NCBI GenBank assembly: GCA_963662715.1
Contig: OY759724.1
Span: forward strand, 1,920,001 to 1,952,000
Origin: Candidatus Omnitrophota bacterium
GTDB taxonomy: Bacteria; Omnitrophota; Gorgyraeia; Zapsychrales; JANLHA01
Reading direction: 5' to 3'
DNA: 32,000 bases
Shown: in pieces, positions 14,888 through 24,185 of the stretch
Layout of the letters: every line of letters begins with the position of its first letter
Position numbering within the stretch: the stretch's first letter is position 1
Translations under genes and position numbers: made by a program
Notes under the pieces: generated by a model
Database searches by the model: none
Told to the model about the DNA's origin: nothing
The model's input: the letters and a program-made list of their open reading frames with translations, nothing else

Positions 14888-15253
14888 ATGAAATACGAAA
14901 TATCCGTGTCGGAAGACAGGACATACATAAAAGTCACGGTTTATGGCGATATCACAGCAGAACTGCAGAAGGAATTTGCCGGGAACGCTATAAGAAAATC
15001 CCAGGAGCATAATATTATAAATTTTCTGGTTGATGTCAGCCAGGTGATTAATACCGCGAGTGTCCTTGATAATTACAGGTTTGCCCATGGAGATATGATG
15101 CGTTTCGGTCAGCCGAGGGCTGCGAAGATCGCGGTGCTTGTTGCCCCGCATGATTCGTCGCATAATTTTGTGGAAACGGTTTTTAAGAATGCCGGGTATA
15201 ATTTTCGTTTGTTTAAAGAAAAAGGCGAAGCTTTGGCTTGGTTTAGAGAATGA
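14888..15253 (+). CDS. Hypothetical protein, possibly STAS/SpoIIAA-like
   Basis: 121 aa with a GTGGAG RBS. It loosely resembles SpoIIAA-like domain proteins (C-terminal EALAWF). This is a weak call. Confidence 0.35.
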   Translation: MKYEISVSEDRTYIKVTVYGDITAELQKEFAGNAIRKSQEHNIINFLVDVSQVINTASVLDNYRFAHGDMMRFGQPRAAKIAVLVAPHDSSHNFVETVFKNAGYNFRLFKEKGEALAWFRE

Positions 15254-15317
15254 AACAGCCGGCCGCAGGATTCCATGGCCTTGGCTGCGGGAAGGGGCTT
15301 GGGAAAGGAAGGGAATC

Positions 15318-15623
15318 ATGATCGTTGAACTTGAAATTTATGAGGATGATGAGGGTTTGACGTCCTACTCGGGAAGCGTGGATGACGCTGTCTTGACGAA
15401 ACTGCTGGAGGGGACATATGACAAACCTTTCCTGAAATTAGAGGATGTCTTTTGGCATTATACGAAAAAGCCCAGGCATGACTGGGAAGTCGAGGAGAAG
15501 GTGCTGTTGCAATACGGGCAGGGAGAGTACGCGAATTATCAGCAGTGTTTGTACGTGAGGGTGGAAAGAATTATTTATATTCATCCTTTAAAAGCGGTGG
15601 CCAAGAGGAACGGACAACTTTAA
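15318..15623 (+). CDS. Hypothetical protein (101 aa)
   Basis: AGGAAGGGA RBS before the ATG at 15318. Acidic N-terminus. No family recognised. Confidence 0.45.
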   Translation: MIVELEIYEDDEGLTSYSGSVDDAVLTKLLEGTYDKPFLKLEDVFWHYTKKPRHDWEVEEKVLLQYGQGEYANYQQCLYVRVERIIYIHPLKAVAKRNGQL

Positions 15624-15869
15624 AGCAGGCCGGTCTTTTTCCCGTGAAGCGTTTTAGGCGTCATGCCCCCCGCCGTCCTTCGCCATGAGGCCATCAGGCT
15701 CATCGAAAGAAAGCCTGCATATCTCAGACGGATTTGGTTTATCATTAAGTGAAAAACAATAGAAACTTTTTAATTTTATGATTAAATATTATATATAAAC
15801 GGCAGGCTTTTAAGAGAAAGCGCTGTGTTTTCAGAAAGGGCCCCGCTATGAAGACAATGAGGAGACAAG

Positions 15870-16442
15870 ATGACATATTTTCATGAGAAGGAATACCTTA
15901 TCCGCCGAAAGGTCCTGAAGTTGTTCGGGGGGGCGTTTCACGTTTTTAACGTTCAGGGAGACACGGTGGCCTACTCCGAGATGAAAGCTTTTAAGCTGAA
16001 AGAGGATCTGCGGCTGTATACGGACGAAGGGATGAGTCAGGAGATCTTCCATATCCAGGCCAGACAAATTATTGATTTTGCGGCGACATATGATGTCTAT
16101 GATTCGAACAGCCAGACGAAAATCGGGGCGTTGCGGCGGAAAGGACTGAAATCGATCTTTAAGGATAAATGGGTTATTCTTGATGCGGGGGATCAGGAGC
16201 TGGGTTTTATTGAAGAGGACAGTATGTTCAAGGCGTTTGTGAGAAGGTTTTTGGTCAACCTGATCCCTCAGGAATACCGGTGTGTTGTGCATGGCACGGA
16301 GGTCCTGAAATATCAACAGAATTTCAACCCGTTTGTTATGAAGATACGTGTTATCTTCGGAGACACGAACACCCCTTTTAGCCGGGAGCTTGCTATGGCA
16401 GGGGGGATCCTTCTCTGCGCCATAGAAGGAAAACAAAGCTGA
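15870..16442 (+). CDS. LURP-one-related / tubby C-terminal-like (DUF567-type) protein
   Basis: GAGGAG RBS. 190 aa. The repeated pattern (YLIRRKVLKLFGGAFHVFNVQGD...KWVILDAGDQELGFI) is typical of the scramblase/LURP1-like fold family. Confidence 0.5.
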   Translation: MTYFHEKEYLIRRKVLKLFGGAFHVFNVQGDTVAYSEMKAFKLKEDLRLYTDEGMSQEIFHIQARQIIDFAATYDVYDSNSQTKIGALRRKGLKSIFKDKWVILDAGDQELGFIEEDSMFKAFVRRFLVNLIPQEYRCVVHGTEVLKYQQNFNPFVMKIRVIFGDTNTPFSRELAMAGGILLCAIEGKQS

Positions 16443-16544
16443 TATTCCCGGCTGGTATCCTGCCGTTTACGGCTATGAAATAACGATGTGCCTTGGCTGT
16501 GTTGTGAGCTTTTAATAGGATTCTTTATCGAGAGGAGATACCGC

Positions 16545-16955
16545 ATGAGCGCGAATTTAACAACAGTGAAAGATTATTTTCAGACCCGTTTTAAAGTATT
16601 CCAGATAACTTCTCTCGGTGATCAGGTGAGTGTCAATTATCTCAACAGCGAGGGGCTTCTTTTTGTTGTCACGGCCCGAGAACGTGAAAATGAGCTGTGT
16701 TTCGGCGTCAGGACGCCTTTGTTGTTGAGCAATCCCATTTCCTTGAAAAAATTTGAAAATCACCGATCCGATCTGGCCGAAAGCCTTTCCAAAGGCCTGT
16801 CCCGGAGACTGGCCCTCACCGTCAATCAGGACGGGTATGTTTGTACCGAAATTAACCTCGGATCCAGCCAAATCAGTTTCCCCAATGAAGAGGTTGATAC
16901 ATTTATTGAGTCGTCTTTAATACTTCCTTTTCTGTATAAAAAGTCATCCGGTTGA
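16545..16955 (+). CDS. Hypothetical protein (136 aa)
   Basis: GAGAGGAGA RBS before the ATG at 16545. No family confidently recognised; a YbjN-like fold is only a guess. Confidence 0.45.
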   Translation: MSANLTTVKDYFQTRFKVFQITSLGDQVSVNYLNSEGLLFVVTARERENELCFGVRTPLLLSNPISLKKFENHRSDLAESLSKGLSRRLALTVNQDGYVCTEINLGSSQISFPNEEVDTFIESSLILPFLYKKSSG

Positions 16956-16990
16956 TCATAAGATATTACCGTTGTTTTGACGGGACGCCT

Positions 16991-17560
16991 ATGTCATCTT
17001 ACGGCATTATTCCTGATAAAGCTATAACCGCCCGGGGCCCTGCAGGCCGGGCGTTCCTGACCAAAGGGATTTTGACTTTTCACGGGGCGTGTGAACATGT
17101 CTTGAATTTGCCTTACGGACGTACTTCTCAGCGGGCGGATTGGATGCTGGTCCTGGAGGAGGGGCGGGGGACCTGCAGTACGAAACACGCGCTTCTGGCC
17201 AGTCTCGCAGAGGAGCTTGGTATGGATGTCCGGTTGATGCTGGGGATATATTTTATGAATGAACGCAATACCCCTGGTGCAGGCCGAATATTGCAGAAGT
17301 CCGAATTTGATCATTTCCCGGAGGCGCATTGTTACCTGCTGTATGAAGGGCAGCGTGTTGACGTGACGAGGAGGCCCGGGACGTCCGAACCTGTGCCTGC
17401 CTTTCTGCAGGAGCAGCAGATCAGCCCGGCGCAAATAGATGAGTATAAGGAGAATGTTCATAAAGCTTTTATCCGTCAATGGGCCCCGGATGAAAACATC
17501 GATGAATTATGGGCTTTGCGCGAAGCCTGTATAAGGTCATTAAGCCGGCAGGATCTTTAG
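16991..17560 (+). CDS. Transglutaminase-like (papain-fold) superfamily protein
   Basis: GTCSTKHALLASLAEELG (Cys) followed by EAHCYLLYEGQRVDVT (His...Asp) follows the Cys-His-Asp spacing of transglutaminase-like domains. An alternative TTG start at 16952 overlaps the upstream stop. Confidence 0.4.
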   Translation: MSSYGIIPDKAITARGPAGRAFLTKGILTFHGACEHVLNLPYGRTSQRADWMLVLEEGRGTCSTKHALLASLAEELGMDVRLMLGIYFMNERNTPGAGRILQKSEFDHFPEAHCYLLYEGQRVDVTRRPGTSEPVPAFLQEQQISPAQIDEYKENVHKAFIRQWAPDENIDELWALREACIRSLSRQDL

Positions 17561-17683
17561 AAATATTGAAATTTCCCGGGACCTGCCGGGGCGAAATCCT
17601 GTGTCCCTGTTCTTGGGTGAGTTCCTTGGCCCGGATGTCTATAATCGTAAAACCTTCAGGATGTTTTTCCCGGAAGAGGCGTT

Positions 17684-18394
17684 ATGAAATATAAAGTATT
17701 TTTTCTCTCCCTTTGTTTATTATCAGGCTGCGGCAGTGGCCCGGACAACAGTCTGCATCATGCGGCGGCTCAGGGGGATTCGGCTCTTATAGCGCGCCTC
17801 CTGGCGCAAGGGGCTGACGTCAACGGTCAGGACGAACAGGGAAACACGCCGATCCATTATGCGGCAGACCAGAACCGCACGGAAGCGATATCGCTCCTTG
17901 TCGAGGCCGGAGCCGATCTCAATGCCAGGCAGAAAAGAGGCACGACGGCACTGCATCATGTTATTGCCGTTGATAACCCGGATATGGTTCGGTTCTTGCT
18001 TGAACAGGGGGCGGATCCGAACATCCGGGCCAACAATGGCCTGACAGCTCTTGATGAAGCAAAGATGATGAAACGAACGGCTATCGTAAAAGTTCTTAAA
18101 GACCACGGCGCCCGGGAGGCCGGATTTCAACTAGATGCCGTGAAGGACAAGCCTCAGGTCAAACAGAAGGGCAAGGCGCGATATAAGCTGACCGTTTACA
18201 CTCCCGGCGGACAAGAGGTCCCGAGGTTTTCCAGGTATGGCACGCAGGTGATCCAGTCCCAGTTCGGGCAGGCCATACTGGTGACTTTGGACAAATCCCA
18301 GGTATCTTTGGCTTTACAAGATTTCCCCCCGGGAGCTTACGCTGATATCGTGGATCTCCGTACGGGAGAGGTTGTCTTTCGTCAGAAATATTGA
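17684..18394 (+). CDS. Ankyrin-repeat lipoprotein
   Basis: Lipobox LLSGC. At least three ankyrin repeats (GNTPIHYAA, GTTALHHVI, GLTALDEA, each followed by LLxxGADxN). Confidence 0.75.
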   Translation: MKYKVFFLSLCLLSGCGSGPDNSLHHAAAQGDSALIARLLAQGADVNGQDEQGNTPIHYAADQNRTEAISLLVEAGADLNARQKRGTTALHHVIAVDNPDMVRFLLEQGADPNIRANNGLTALDEAKMMKRTAIVKVLKDHGAREAGFQLDAVKDKPQVKQKGKARYKLTVYTPGGQEVPRFSRYGTQVIQSQFGQAILVTLDKSQVSLALQDFPPGAYADIVDLRTGEVVFRQKY

Positions 18395-18430
18395 TATAGC
18401 AGTCCGCCGGGTCCTGTTTACTAATTTTAT

Positions 18431-18458
18431 TTGGATTTTTTCCTGGTAGCGGTATAAT
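18431..18458 (+). promoter_or_regulatory. Sigma70-like promoter upstream of tatA
   Basis: TTGGAT (18431-18436), a 16-nt spacer, then TATAAT (18453-18458). This implies a ~170-nt leader. Confidence 0.4.
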
Positions 18459-18634
18459 TGCATTGTATAGTCATTGTTTGGAAAGTTTTCCGCGGGAGCA
18501 GTGCTTAAAAGCAATATTCTGTATTAAAATTATTCGCGCTTGAGAAAGATTAAGACCGGGGTTACAAGGAAACAGGTTAGAAAGTTTTTTGCGGAATATT
18601 AATATTAATAAATATCGTAAAACGAGGAGACTAC

Positions 18635-18823
18635 ATGTTTGGACTAGGGTTCCAGGAAATATTATTGATCTTGATCGTTGCTCTTCTTCTGTTCGGCGCC
18701 GCAAGGCTCCCGGAAATCGGACGCGCTCTGGGCAAAGCGTTGAGCGAGTTTAAAAAAGGCATGCATGACATCGGGGAGGCGGATCCCAAGGAGAAAGACA
18801 AGCCAGAAGATAATGTTTCATGA
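18635..18823 (+). CDS. tatA: Twin-arginine translocase subunit TatA/E
   Basis: [43 protein letters not shown] is the canonical TatA transmembrane segment plus amphipathic helix. Confidence 0.9.
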   Translation: MFGLGFQEILLILIVALLLFGAARLPEIGRALGKALSEFKKGMHDIGEADPKEKDKPEDNVS

Positions 18824-19560
18824 ATGAGCTCTATCCCCCTGAATCGCAGAATCTTGATATCGTCGGGCACTTGGAGGAATTGCGACGCCGTATTTTGATT
18901 TGTCTCGGGTGCCTGGTCATCGTGAGTGTCGCCCTGTTCGCCAAAGGACGTCTTCTCGTCCAATGGGTCAAACAGCCGGTCATGCATCTGGTTGAAGATT
19001 TGATTTTCATTACTCCGACAGAGGTTTTTGTCTCTTATTTGAAAGTTGTTTTGTTGTTTGCCTTTGTTCTTTCTTTTCCGGTGATCCTTTATGAAACCTG
19101 GGTGTTCTTGGCCCCTGCCGCGTCAACAGGTTTCAGGAAACGGGCGATGGCCTGGCTGGCGCTTGTCATGATCTTTTTTTTGTCAGGGTTATGGTTCTCT
19201 TACCGGATTGCGTTGCCGGGAGCTTTGCGGTTCTTGTTTGCTTTCGGACAGGGCATCGCACAGCCGCAGATCACCCTGGCGAAATATATTTCTTTTTTCG
19301 TCGCCTTTATGATTATCGGCGGGGTCGTCTTTGAAACGCCGATAATCATCGGTTTGCTGACGGATATGGGATTTTTGGAATCCCGGATGCTGCAGGCCAA
19401 ACGGAAATACGCTTTTTTGCTTATTATGATATTCTCTGCCGTGATTACGCCTACGCAGGATATTTTCAATATGCTGGTCTTCGCTGTCCCGATGCTTGTT
19501 CTGTTTGAAGTCGGTATCGTGCTGGCCCGTTTTATCGAGCGGTTAAAGCGGTCTGTTTGA
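18820..19560 (+). CDS. tatC: Twin-arginine translocase subunit TatC
   Basis: 4-nt overlap with tatA. 246 aa, six hydrophobic segments and the HLEELRRR N-terminal motif. Confidence 0.85.
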   Translation: MNELYPPESQNLDIVGHLEELRRRILICLGCLVIVSVALFAKGRLLVQWVKQPVMHLVEDLIFITPTEVFVSYLKVVLLFAFVLSFPVILYETWVFLAPAASTGFRKRAMAWLALVMIFFLSGLWFSYRIALPGALRFLFAFGQGIAQPQITLAKYISFFVAFMIIGGVVFETPIIIGLLTDMGFLESRMLQAKRKYAFLLIMIFSAVITPTQDIFNMLVFAVPMLVLFEVGIVLARFIERLKRSV

Positions 19561-19654
19561 ATATTTTAAAATGAGGAGGAGCTTTAGCCCTGTCCCTGAA
19601 CCAGGGGGGGATGAGGTATAGATATTGTTCCGACCATTACGAAAGAAGATCGCC

Positions 19655-20635
19655 ATGGAAAAAATTTTATATCATCTGGAAAGTTTTCTTAAGAAACAAA
19701 TGACGCGCAAAGGGTTCCTGAAGGTCTGCTGCGCGGCTCTTTTATCCGTCATCGCCGGGAATCACTTCCTGAAAACCGTTTTTGCCAAAAGCTCTGATTC
19801 CGCCGGCCGTAAGAAAAAGGGCATTAAAGGCCTGCACGACATCGTGGCCGTAAAAGGGGATGACCCTTATGCCAATACCATGAAGGCCGTTGAGGAGATG
19901 GGCGGGATGGCCCGTTTCGTGCAAAAAGGGGACGTTGTTGTTATCAAACCGAATATGGCCTGGGACCGCTCTCCCGAACAGGCCGCGAATACCCATCCTT
20001 CGGTTGTCGCGGCTTTGGTGGAAATGTGTTTTAAGGCGGGCGCCAGAAGGGTGAATGTTTTTGATATCCCCTGTAATGATGACCGTCGCGTCTATGAAAA
20101 CAGCGGGATTGCCGCCGCCGCAAAAGCCAAAGGGGCCCAGGTTTATTTCGCCGACCACTGGAATGTTGTGAAGGCCAAATTCGCTTACCCCAGTTCGATG
20201 GAGGGCTGGCCGGTTTTGCGGGATGCCGTTGTCTGCGACAAGTTTATTAACGTGCCGGTCCTGAAGCACCATGGCTATACAAAACTCACGTTATCCATGA
20301 AGAATCTTATGGGTGTCTGCAGCGGGAAAAGAGGGCTTATGCATTTGGACATCGGGAAGAAACTGGTGGATATCACAGATTATATCAGCCCGGATCTGAC
20401 CGTCATTGATGCGAGCCGGGTTCTTCTGCGCAACGGTCCCAGCGGGGGAAATGTCGCGGATGTTCAGGCGTTTAACACGGTTATTGCCGCGACAGACCCG
20501 ACTCTCGCCGATGTTTATGCCTGTTCTTTAATTAAACTGGCCCCGGAAACAGTGCCTTATATTAAGGTGGCTATGGACCGGGGCTTCGGGCAAAGTGATC
20601 TTGAAAAAGCGGATATTATGCTTGCGAAAGCTTGA
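19655..20635 (+). CDS. DUF362-domain protein with a Tat-like signal (RK variant)
   Basis: TRKGFLK followed by a hydrophobic segment and AxA-like TVFA. VVIKPNM and LKHHGYTKLTLSMKNLMG are characteristic DUF362 motifs. Confidence 0.65.
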   Translation: MEKILYHLESFLKKQMTRKGFLKVCCAALLSVIAGNHFLKTVFAKSSDSAGRKKKGIKGLHDIVAVKGDDPYANTMKAVEEMGGMARFVQKGDVVVIKPNMAWDRSPEQAANTHPSVVAALVEMCFKAGARRVNVFDIPCNDDRRVYENSGIAAAAKAKGAQVYFADHWNVVKAKFAYPSSMEGWPVLRDAVVCDKFINVPVLKHHGYTKLTLSMKNLMGVCSGKRGLMHLDIGKKLVDITDYISPDLTVIDASRVLLRNGPSGGNVADVQAFNTVIAATDPTLADVYACSLIKLAPETVPYIKVAMDRGFGQSDLEKADIMLAKA

Positions 20636-20705
20636 TATGTATTAATAACGATAAGAGACTTGAGGCTTCGTTGTCTTCAGCCTGTCCGGATGATGCTCTG
20701 CCGGA

Positions 20706-22253
20706 ATGATCATACACTTTATGAAAAAACTAGTTTTTCTACGGCGTTCTTCTCAGATTCTTTTTCTTCTTCTTTTTATTTATATCCTTTGGTCTACAAC
20801 CTACCCGTTGCAGGGCGGGATCTCTCCGGAAATTTTTTTTAAAGTCGATCCTTTGATCATGCTGCTGACGGCGGTGAGTCAAAGGGTCCTGCTGTCCGGT
20901 CTTCTGTTTTCTTTCTTGATGATCGGGCTGACGCTTGTTCTGGGCCGGTTTTTCTGCGGATGGGTGTGCCCGCTCGGAACGATGATAGATGCGTTCGCTT
21001 ATGTCAGATGCCTGTTGTCCGGCCGGAGGAGCAAAGGTCGCGGAATTCTGGCAAAAGTCAACCACGTGCCCTCCTTTGAACAGAACCAAAAGATTAAAAA
21101 TGTCAAATATTTTTTCCTCGGGGTATTTTTTATATTCGCGCTTTTAGGGGTGCAGGTTTCCTGGATGATGGATCCGATTGTCACTCTGGCCAGGGTGGTG
21201 TCCCTGAACGTGATCCCCGCTGTTACGTATTCTATTGATCAGGTTTTTATTCGTCTTATCCAGCAGTTCGAGCTTTACGGTCCGGTCTATGATTTTTACC
21301 GTGATTTGAAAGCCAATGTCCTGGGCGTCCGCATTCATTTCTTTGCCAACTCATTGATAACTTTCTTTATCTTTCTCGTCATCGGCTTCATGTCTTTCTT
21401 TGTCTCAAGGCTGTGGTGCCGGATGCTGTGTCCTTTGGGGGCTCTTTACAGCCTTTTTTCCTCTTATGCTTTGCTGGAGCGGAGAGTGGACTCGTGCCGG
21501 CAGTGCGGCTTATGCCGCCAGCGGTGCCGGATGGGGGCGATAAAAGAAGAAAACCAATATTTGAAAAGTGAATGTATTCTTTGCATGGATTGCATTTATG
21601 ACTGTCCGACCCGGCAGACAAAATTTGTCTGGCACCGTAAGAGCCCGGTCCCCGCTGAGGGAAGCCTTCCGCGGCAGGGGATGAGCCGCCGGTCATTTTT
21701 ATTTTTAATAATATCTTCCTGGGCCAGTCTGGGGGCGGGCTGGAAATCCTTTGGACAGTCTAAGGCCATCAGGCCTCCGGGGGTGAAGGAGGAAAAAACG
21801 TTTTTGAACACCTGCGTGCGGTGCGGGAACTGTATGAAAGTCTGCATCACAAACGGTCTGCAACCGGTGATGCTGGAGTCCGGCTGGCAGGGGATCTGGA
21901 CCCCGCAGCTCGTCCCGGAAATCGGTTATTGCGAATACCAGTGCACGCTCTGCGGCAACGTTTGCCCGACGGGGGCTATCCCCAAACTTCCGGAGGAGAA
22001 GAAAAAAAAGGCCAGGATGGGAGTGGCTCAGGTTGACCGCTCTTTGTGCCTGGCCTGGGCGCAGGGCAAGCAGTGCATCGTCTGCGAAGAGCATTGTCCG
22101 GTCTCCGACAAGGCCATAAAACTGGAGACCCGCAACAGCAAAATCCCCCTGCCGGTTGTTGACCCGGACAGATGTATCGGCTGCGGGATTTGTCAAAACA
22201 AATGCCCGGTGAGCCCCGTGCGCGCGATCCGGGTGACGTCGACCGTGACCTAG
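20706..22253 (+). CDS. NapH/MauN-like integral membrane polyferredoxin (multiple 4Fe-4S motifs)
   Basis: Two membrane CxxCP motifs (FFCGWVCPLG, LWCRMLCPLG). Six ferredoxin-type Cys clusters (e.g. CRQCGLCRQRC, CILCMDCIYDCP, CVRCGNCMKVC, CTLCGNVCP, CIVCEEHCP, CIGCGICQNKCP). Alternative start at 20721. Confidence 0.8.
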   Translation: MIIHFMKKLVFLRRSSQILFLLLFIYILWSTTYPLQGGISPEIFFKVDPLIMLLTAVSQRVLLSGLLFSFLMIGLTLVLGRFFCGWVCPLGTMIDAFAYVRCLLSGRRSKGRGILAKVNHVPSFEQNQKIKNVKYFFLGVFFIFALLGVQVSWMMDPIVTLARVVSLNVIPAVTYSIDQVFIRLIQQFELYGPVYDFYRDLKANVLGVRIHFFANSLITFFIFLVIGFMSFFVSRLWCRMLCPLGALYSLFSSYALLERRVDSCRQCGLCRQRCRMGAIKEENQYLKSECILCMDCIYDCPTRQTKFVWHRKSPVPAEGSLPRQGMSRRSFLFLIISSWASLGAGWKSFGQSKAIRPPGVKEEKTFLNTCVRCGNCMKVCITNGLQPVMLESGWQGIWTPQLVPEIGYCEYQCTLCGNVCPTGAIPKLPEEKKKKARMGVAQVDRSLCLAWAQGKQCIVCEEHCPVSDKAIKLETRNSKIPLPVVDPDRCIGCGICQNKCPVSPVRAIRVTSTVT

Positions 22254-22274
22254 GGGTCTGGAAGGAGAACATCT

Positions 22275-22754
22275 GTGCAGTTTGAAAGAAAAATTTCCCC
22301 TGATAAACTGAGAGCTTTCTCGGAGGAACATCTTTGGTACGAGGTCAACATGCTTTACGGGGTCGTTGACCTCTTATTGAAAGGGGCGGACGATTATTAC
22401 GTCTATAATTCCCTGCTGGAGGCCTTTGTGCTGCATGCCAGCAATATACTGGATTTTTTCTACAAGCCTCCGGCTAAGCCGGACGATGCCCGGGCCGTGC
22501 ATTATGTCCGGGATGCCGAGGCTTTTAAAAAAGCCCTGCCTTCTTTTACGCGGAAATTCGGAGGATTCACCCGCAAGCGTAATAAAGAAGTGGTGCATCT
22601 CAGCTATACAAGACTGTATGTCCGTCCGGAAGAGAAGCGCTGGGGGTCGCCGAAAATCACAAAGGATATCCGTAAAATTGTTGATCTTTTCCTTGATCAT
22701 GCCGACCCTGAACTGCTACATTCAAAGATGTACAGTTTGCGGACGACAATTTAA
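22275..22754 (+). CDS. Hypothetical all-helical protein; possible HEPN-like (weak)
   Basis: GGAAGGAG RBS 7 nt before a GTG start. R102-x5-H108 (RNKEVVH) fits the Rx4-6H spacing. There is no other support. Confidence 0.45.
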   Translation: MQFERKISPDKLRAFSEEHLWYEVNMLYGVVDLLLKGADDYYVYNSLLEAFVLHASNILDFFYKPPAKPDDARAVHYVRDAEAFKKALPSFTRKFGGFTRKRNKEVVHLSYTRLYVRPEEKRWGSPKITKDIRKIVDLFLDHADPELLHSKMYSLRTTI

Positions 22755-22817
22755 AGGGGGGATATCATCAGAAAGAAACGCTCATTGCTTAAAGGATTGT
22801 TCAATAAAGGAGAGCCC

Positions 22818-24137
22818 ATGAAAAAGGTCTTTGTGCTGGACACCAATGTTCTCATTCATAACCCCATGGCTATTTATTCATTTGCCGATAATGTGGTGGT
22901 CATCCCGATCACGGTCATCGAAGAACTGGATAATTTGAAAAACAGCGTTGACAAAAAAGGCATGCATGCCCGTCAGGTTCTCCGGGAGATCGATTCCCAT
23001 ATCAAACGGGGCGCTTTGAAAAGAGGGGCTAAAATGAGCAATAACGGCAAGCTGATGGTTTCTTTGAGCCTGCCGGCGGAAGATTTCCCCCAGCTGGACG
23101 AAAATGTTAATGACAATAAGATCCTCAGCGTGGCCTGGGATTTTCAGCAAAAAGGGGAGAAGGTCTTCTTCATTTCCAAAGATGTCAACGCGCGCATCAA
23201 GGCCGAGGCTCTGGGAATCAAGTCGGCGGATTATGAAAAAGAGAAAGTCGAGTACTCGGCGCTGTATCAGGGGTGGAAAGAGATCACTCTGCCCAAGAGG
23301 GACGTGCAAAAACTGAAGCAGGGGCAGCGGGTTGCTCCAAAAGGGCTTGCGTTCAACAGCAATGAATATGCTCTGGCCGCGGCACAGAAAGACCCGGACC
23401 TGGAAGCTTTATGCAAGTATGAGGAGAGCGACGGGACGCTGGCATCCTTATCCGATGACTGCAATGTCATGGGGATCGTCCCGTTGAACACGGAACAGCG
23501 CATCGCCTTGGACCTGCTTCTCGATGACCGCATTAAACTGGTCACCTTGGTGGGGCAGGCCGGCACGGGGAAGACCCTGCTTGCTTTAGCCTCTGCCTTG
23601 GAAAAGATTTTAGCCCGCCAGCCGGTTTACGAGAAGTTGCTGGTCGTTCGGCCTATTGTTCCTTTAGGGAAGGATTTGGGGTATCTTCCGGGCAGCAAGG
23701 AAAAAAAGCTGAACTACTGGATGCAGCCGATCTTCGACAATTTGACGTTCATTCTTAAACAGTCTATTAACGCGGAGAATAAAGACTGGTCCACAAGCGA
23801 CCTGACACTGGATAACCTGCATAAATCGGAACTGATAGAAATTGAAGCGGTCACTTACATCCGGGGCCGGAGCATCCCGAACCAGTTTTTTATTGTTGAT
23901 GAAGCCCAGAATTTAACCCCGCACGAGATCAAGACGATTATTTCCCGGGCCGGGGAAGGGACAAAGATCATCCTGACCGGAGACCCGGCGCAGATCGATA
24001 ACCCTTACCTGGATGCCAACTCGAACGGTCTGGCTTATGTGGTCGAGAGGCTGAAAAAGTTTGATCTCTTCGGGCATGTGCTGCTGACCCGAAGTGAACG
24101 TTCTCAGCTGGCGTCTTTGGCCGTAGAGCAATTATAG
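22818..24137 (+). CDS. PhoH2-type protein: N-terminal PIN domain fused to a PhoH-like ATPase
   Basis: AAAGGAGAG RBS. PIN acidic residues lie in VFVLDTNVL, VIEELD and FISKDVN. Walker A GQAGTGKT and Walker B FFIVDEAQN. Confidence 0.85.
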   Translation: MKKVFVLDTNVLIHNPMAIYSFADNVVVIPITVIEELDNLKNSVDKKGMHARQVLREIDSHIKRGALKRGAKMSNNGKLMVSLSLPAEDFPQLDENVNDNKILSVAWDFQQKGEKVFFISKDVNARIKAEALGIKSADYEKEKVEYSALYQGWKEITLPKRDVQKLKQGQRVAPKGLAFNSNEYALAAAQKDPDLEALCKYEESDGTLASLSDDCNVMGIVPLNTEQRIALDLLLDDRIKLVTLVGQAGTGKTLLALASALEKILARQPVYEKLLVVRPIVPLGKDLGYLPGSKEKKLNYWMQPIFDNLTFILKQSINAENKDWSTSDLTLDNLHKSELIEIEAVTYIRGRSIPNQFFIVDEAQNLTPHEIKTIISRAGEGTKIILTGDPAQIDNPYLDANSNGLAYVVERLKKFDLFGHVLLTRSERSQLASLAVEQL

Positions 24138-24185
24138 AATACGGCTCTTCCGAACAAAAGGGTTTATTCCCGGGAGGATATGTCT

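Noticed and set aside
15650-15715. Possible seventh, degenerate attC-like sequence (GTCATGCCCCCCGCCGTCCTTCGCCATGAGGCC)
   Set aside because: It shares only the GTCAT...CCCCGCC...TCGCCA strings with subtype-B copies. It has no TCTAAC or GTT cores and no clear outer pairing, and it lies 9 kb from the array among oppositely organised genes. I treat it as chance or a very old remnant.
21705-22331. 208-aa minus-strand ORF, plus other antisense ORFs inside 20706-22253
   Set aside because: They are antisense to the polyferredoxin gene, whose Cys-cluster motifs validate the + frame. Their Arg/Pro/Gly-rich composition is typical of shadow frames.
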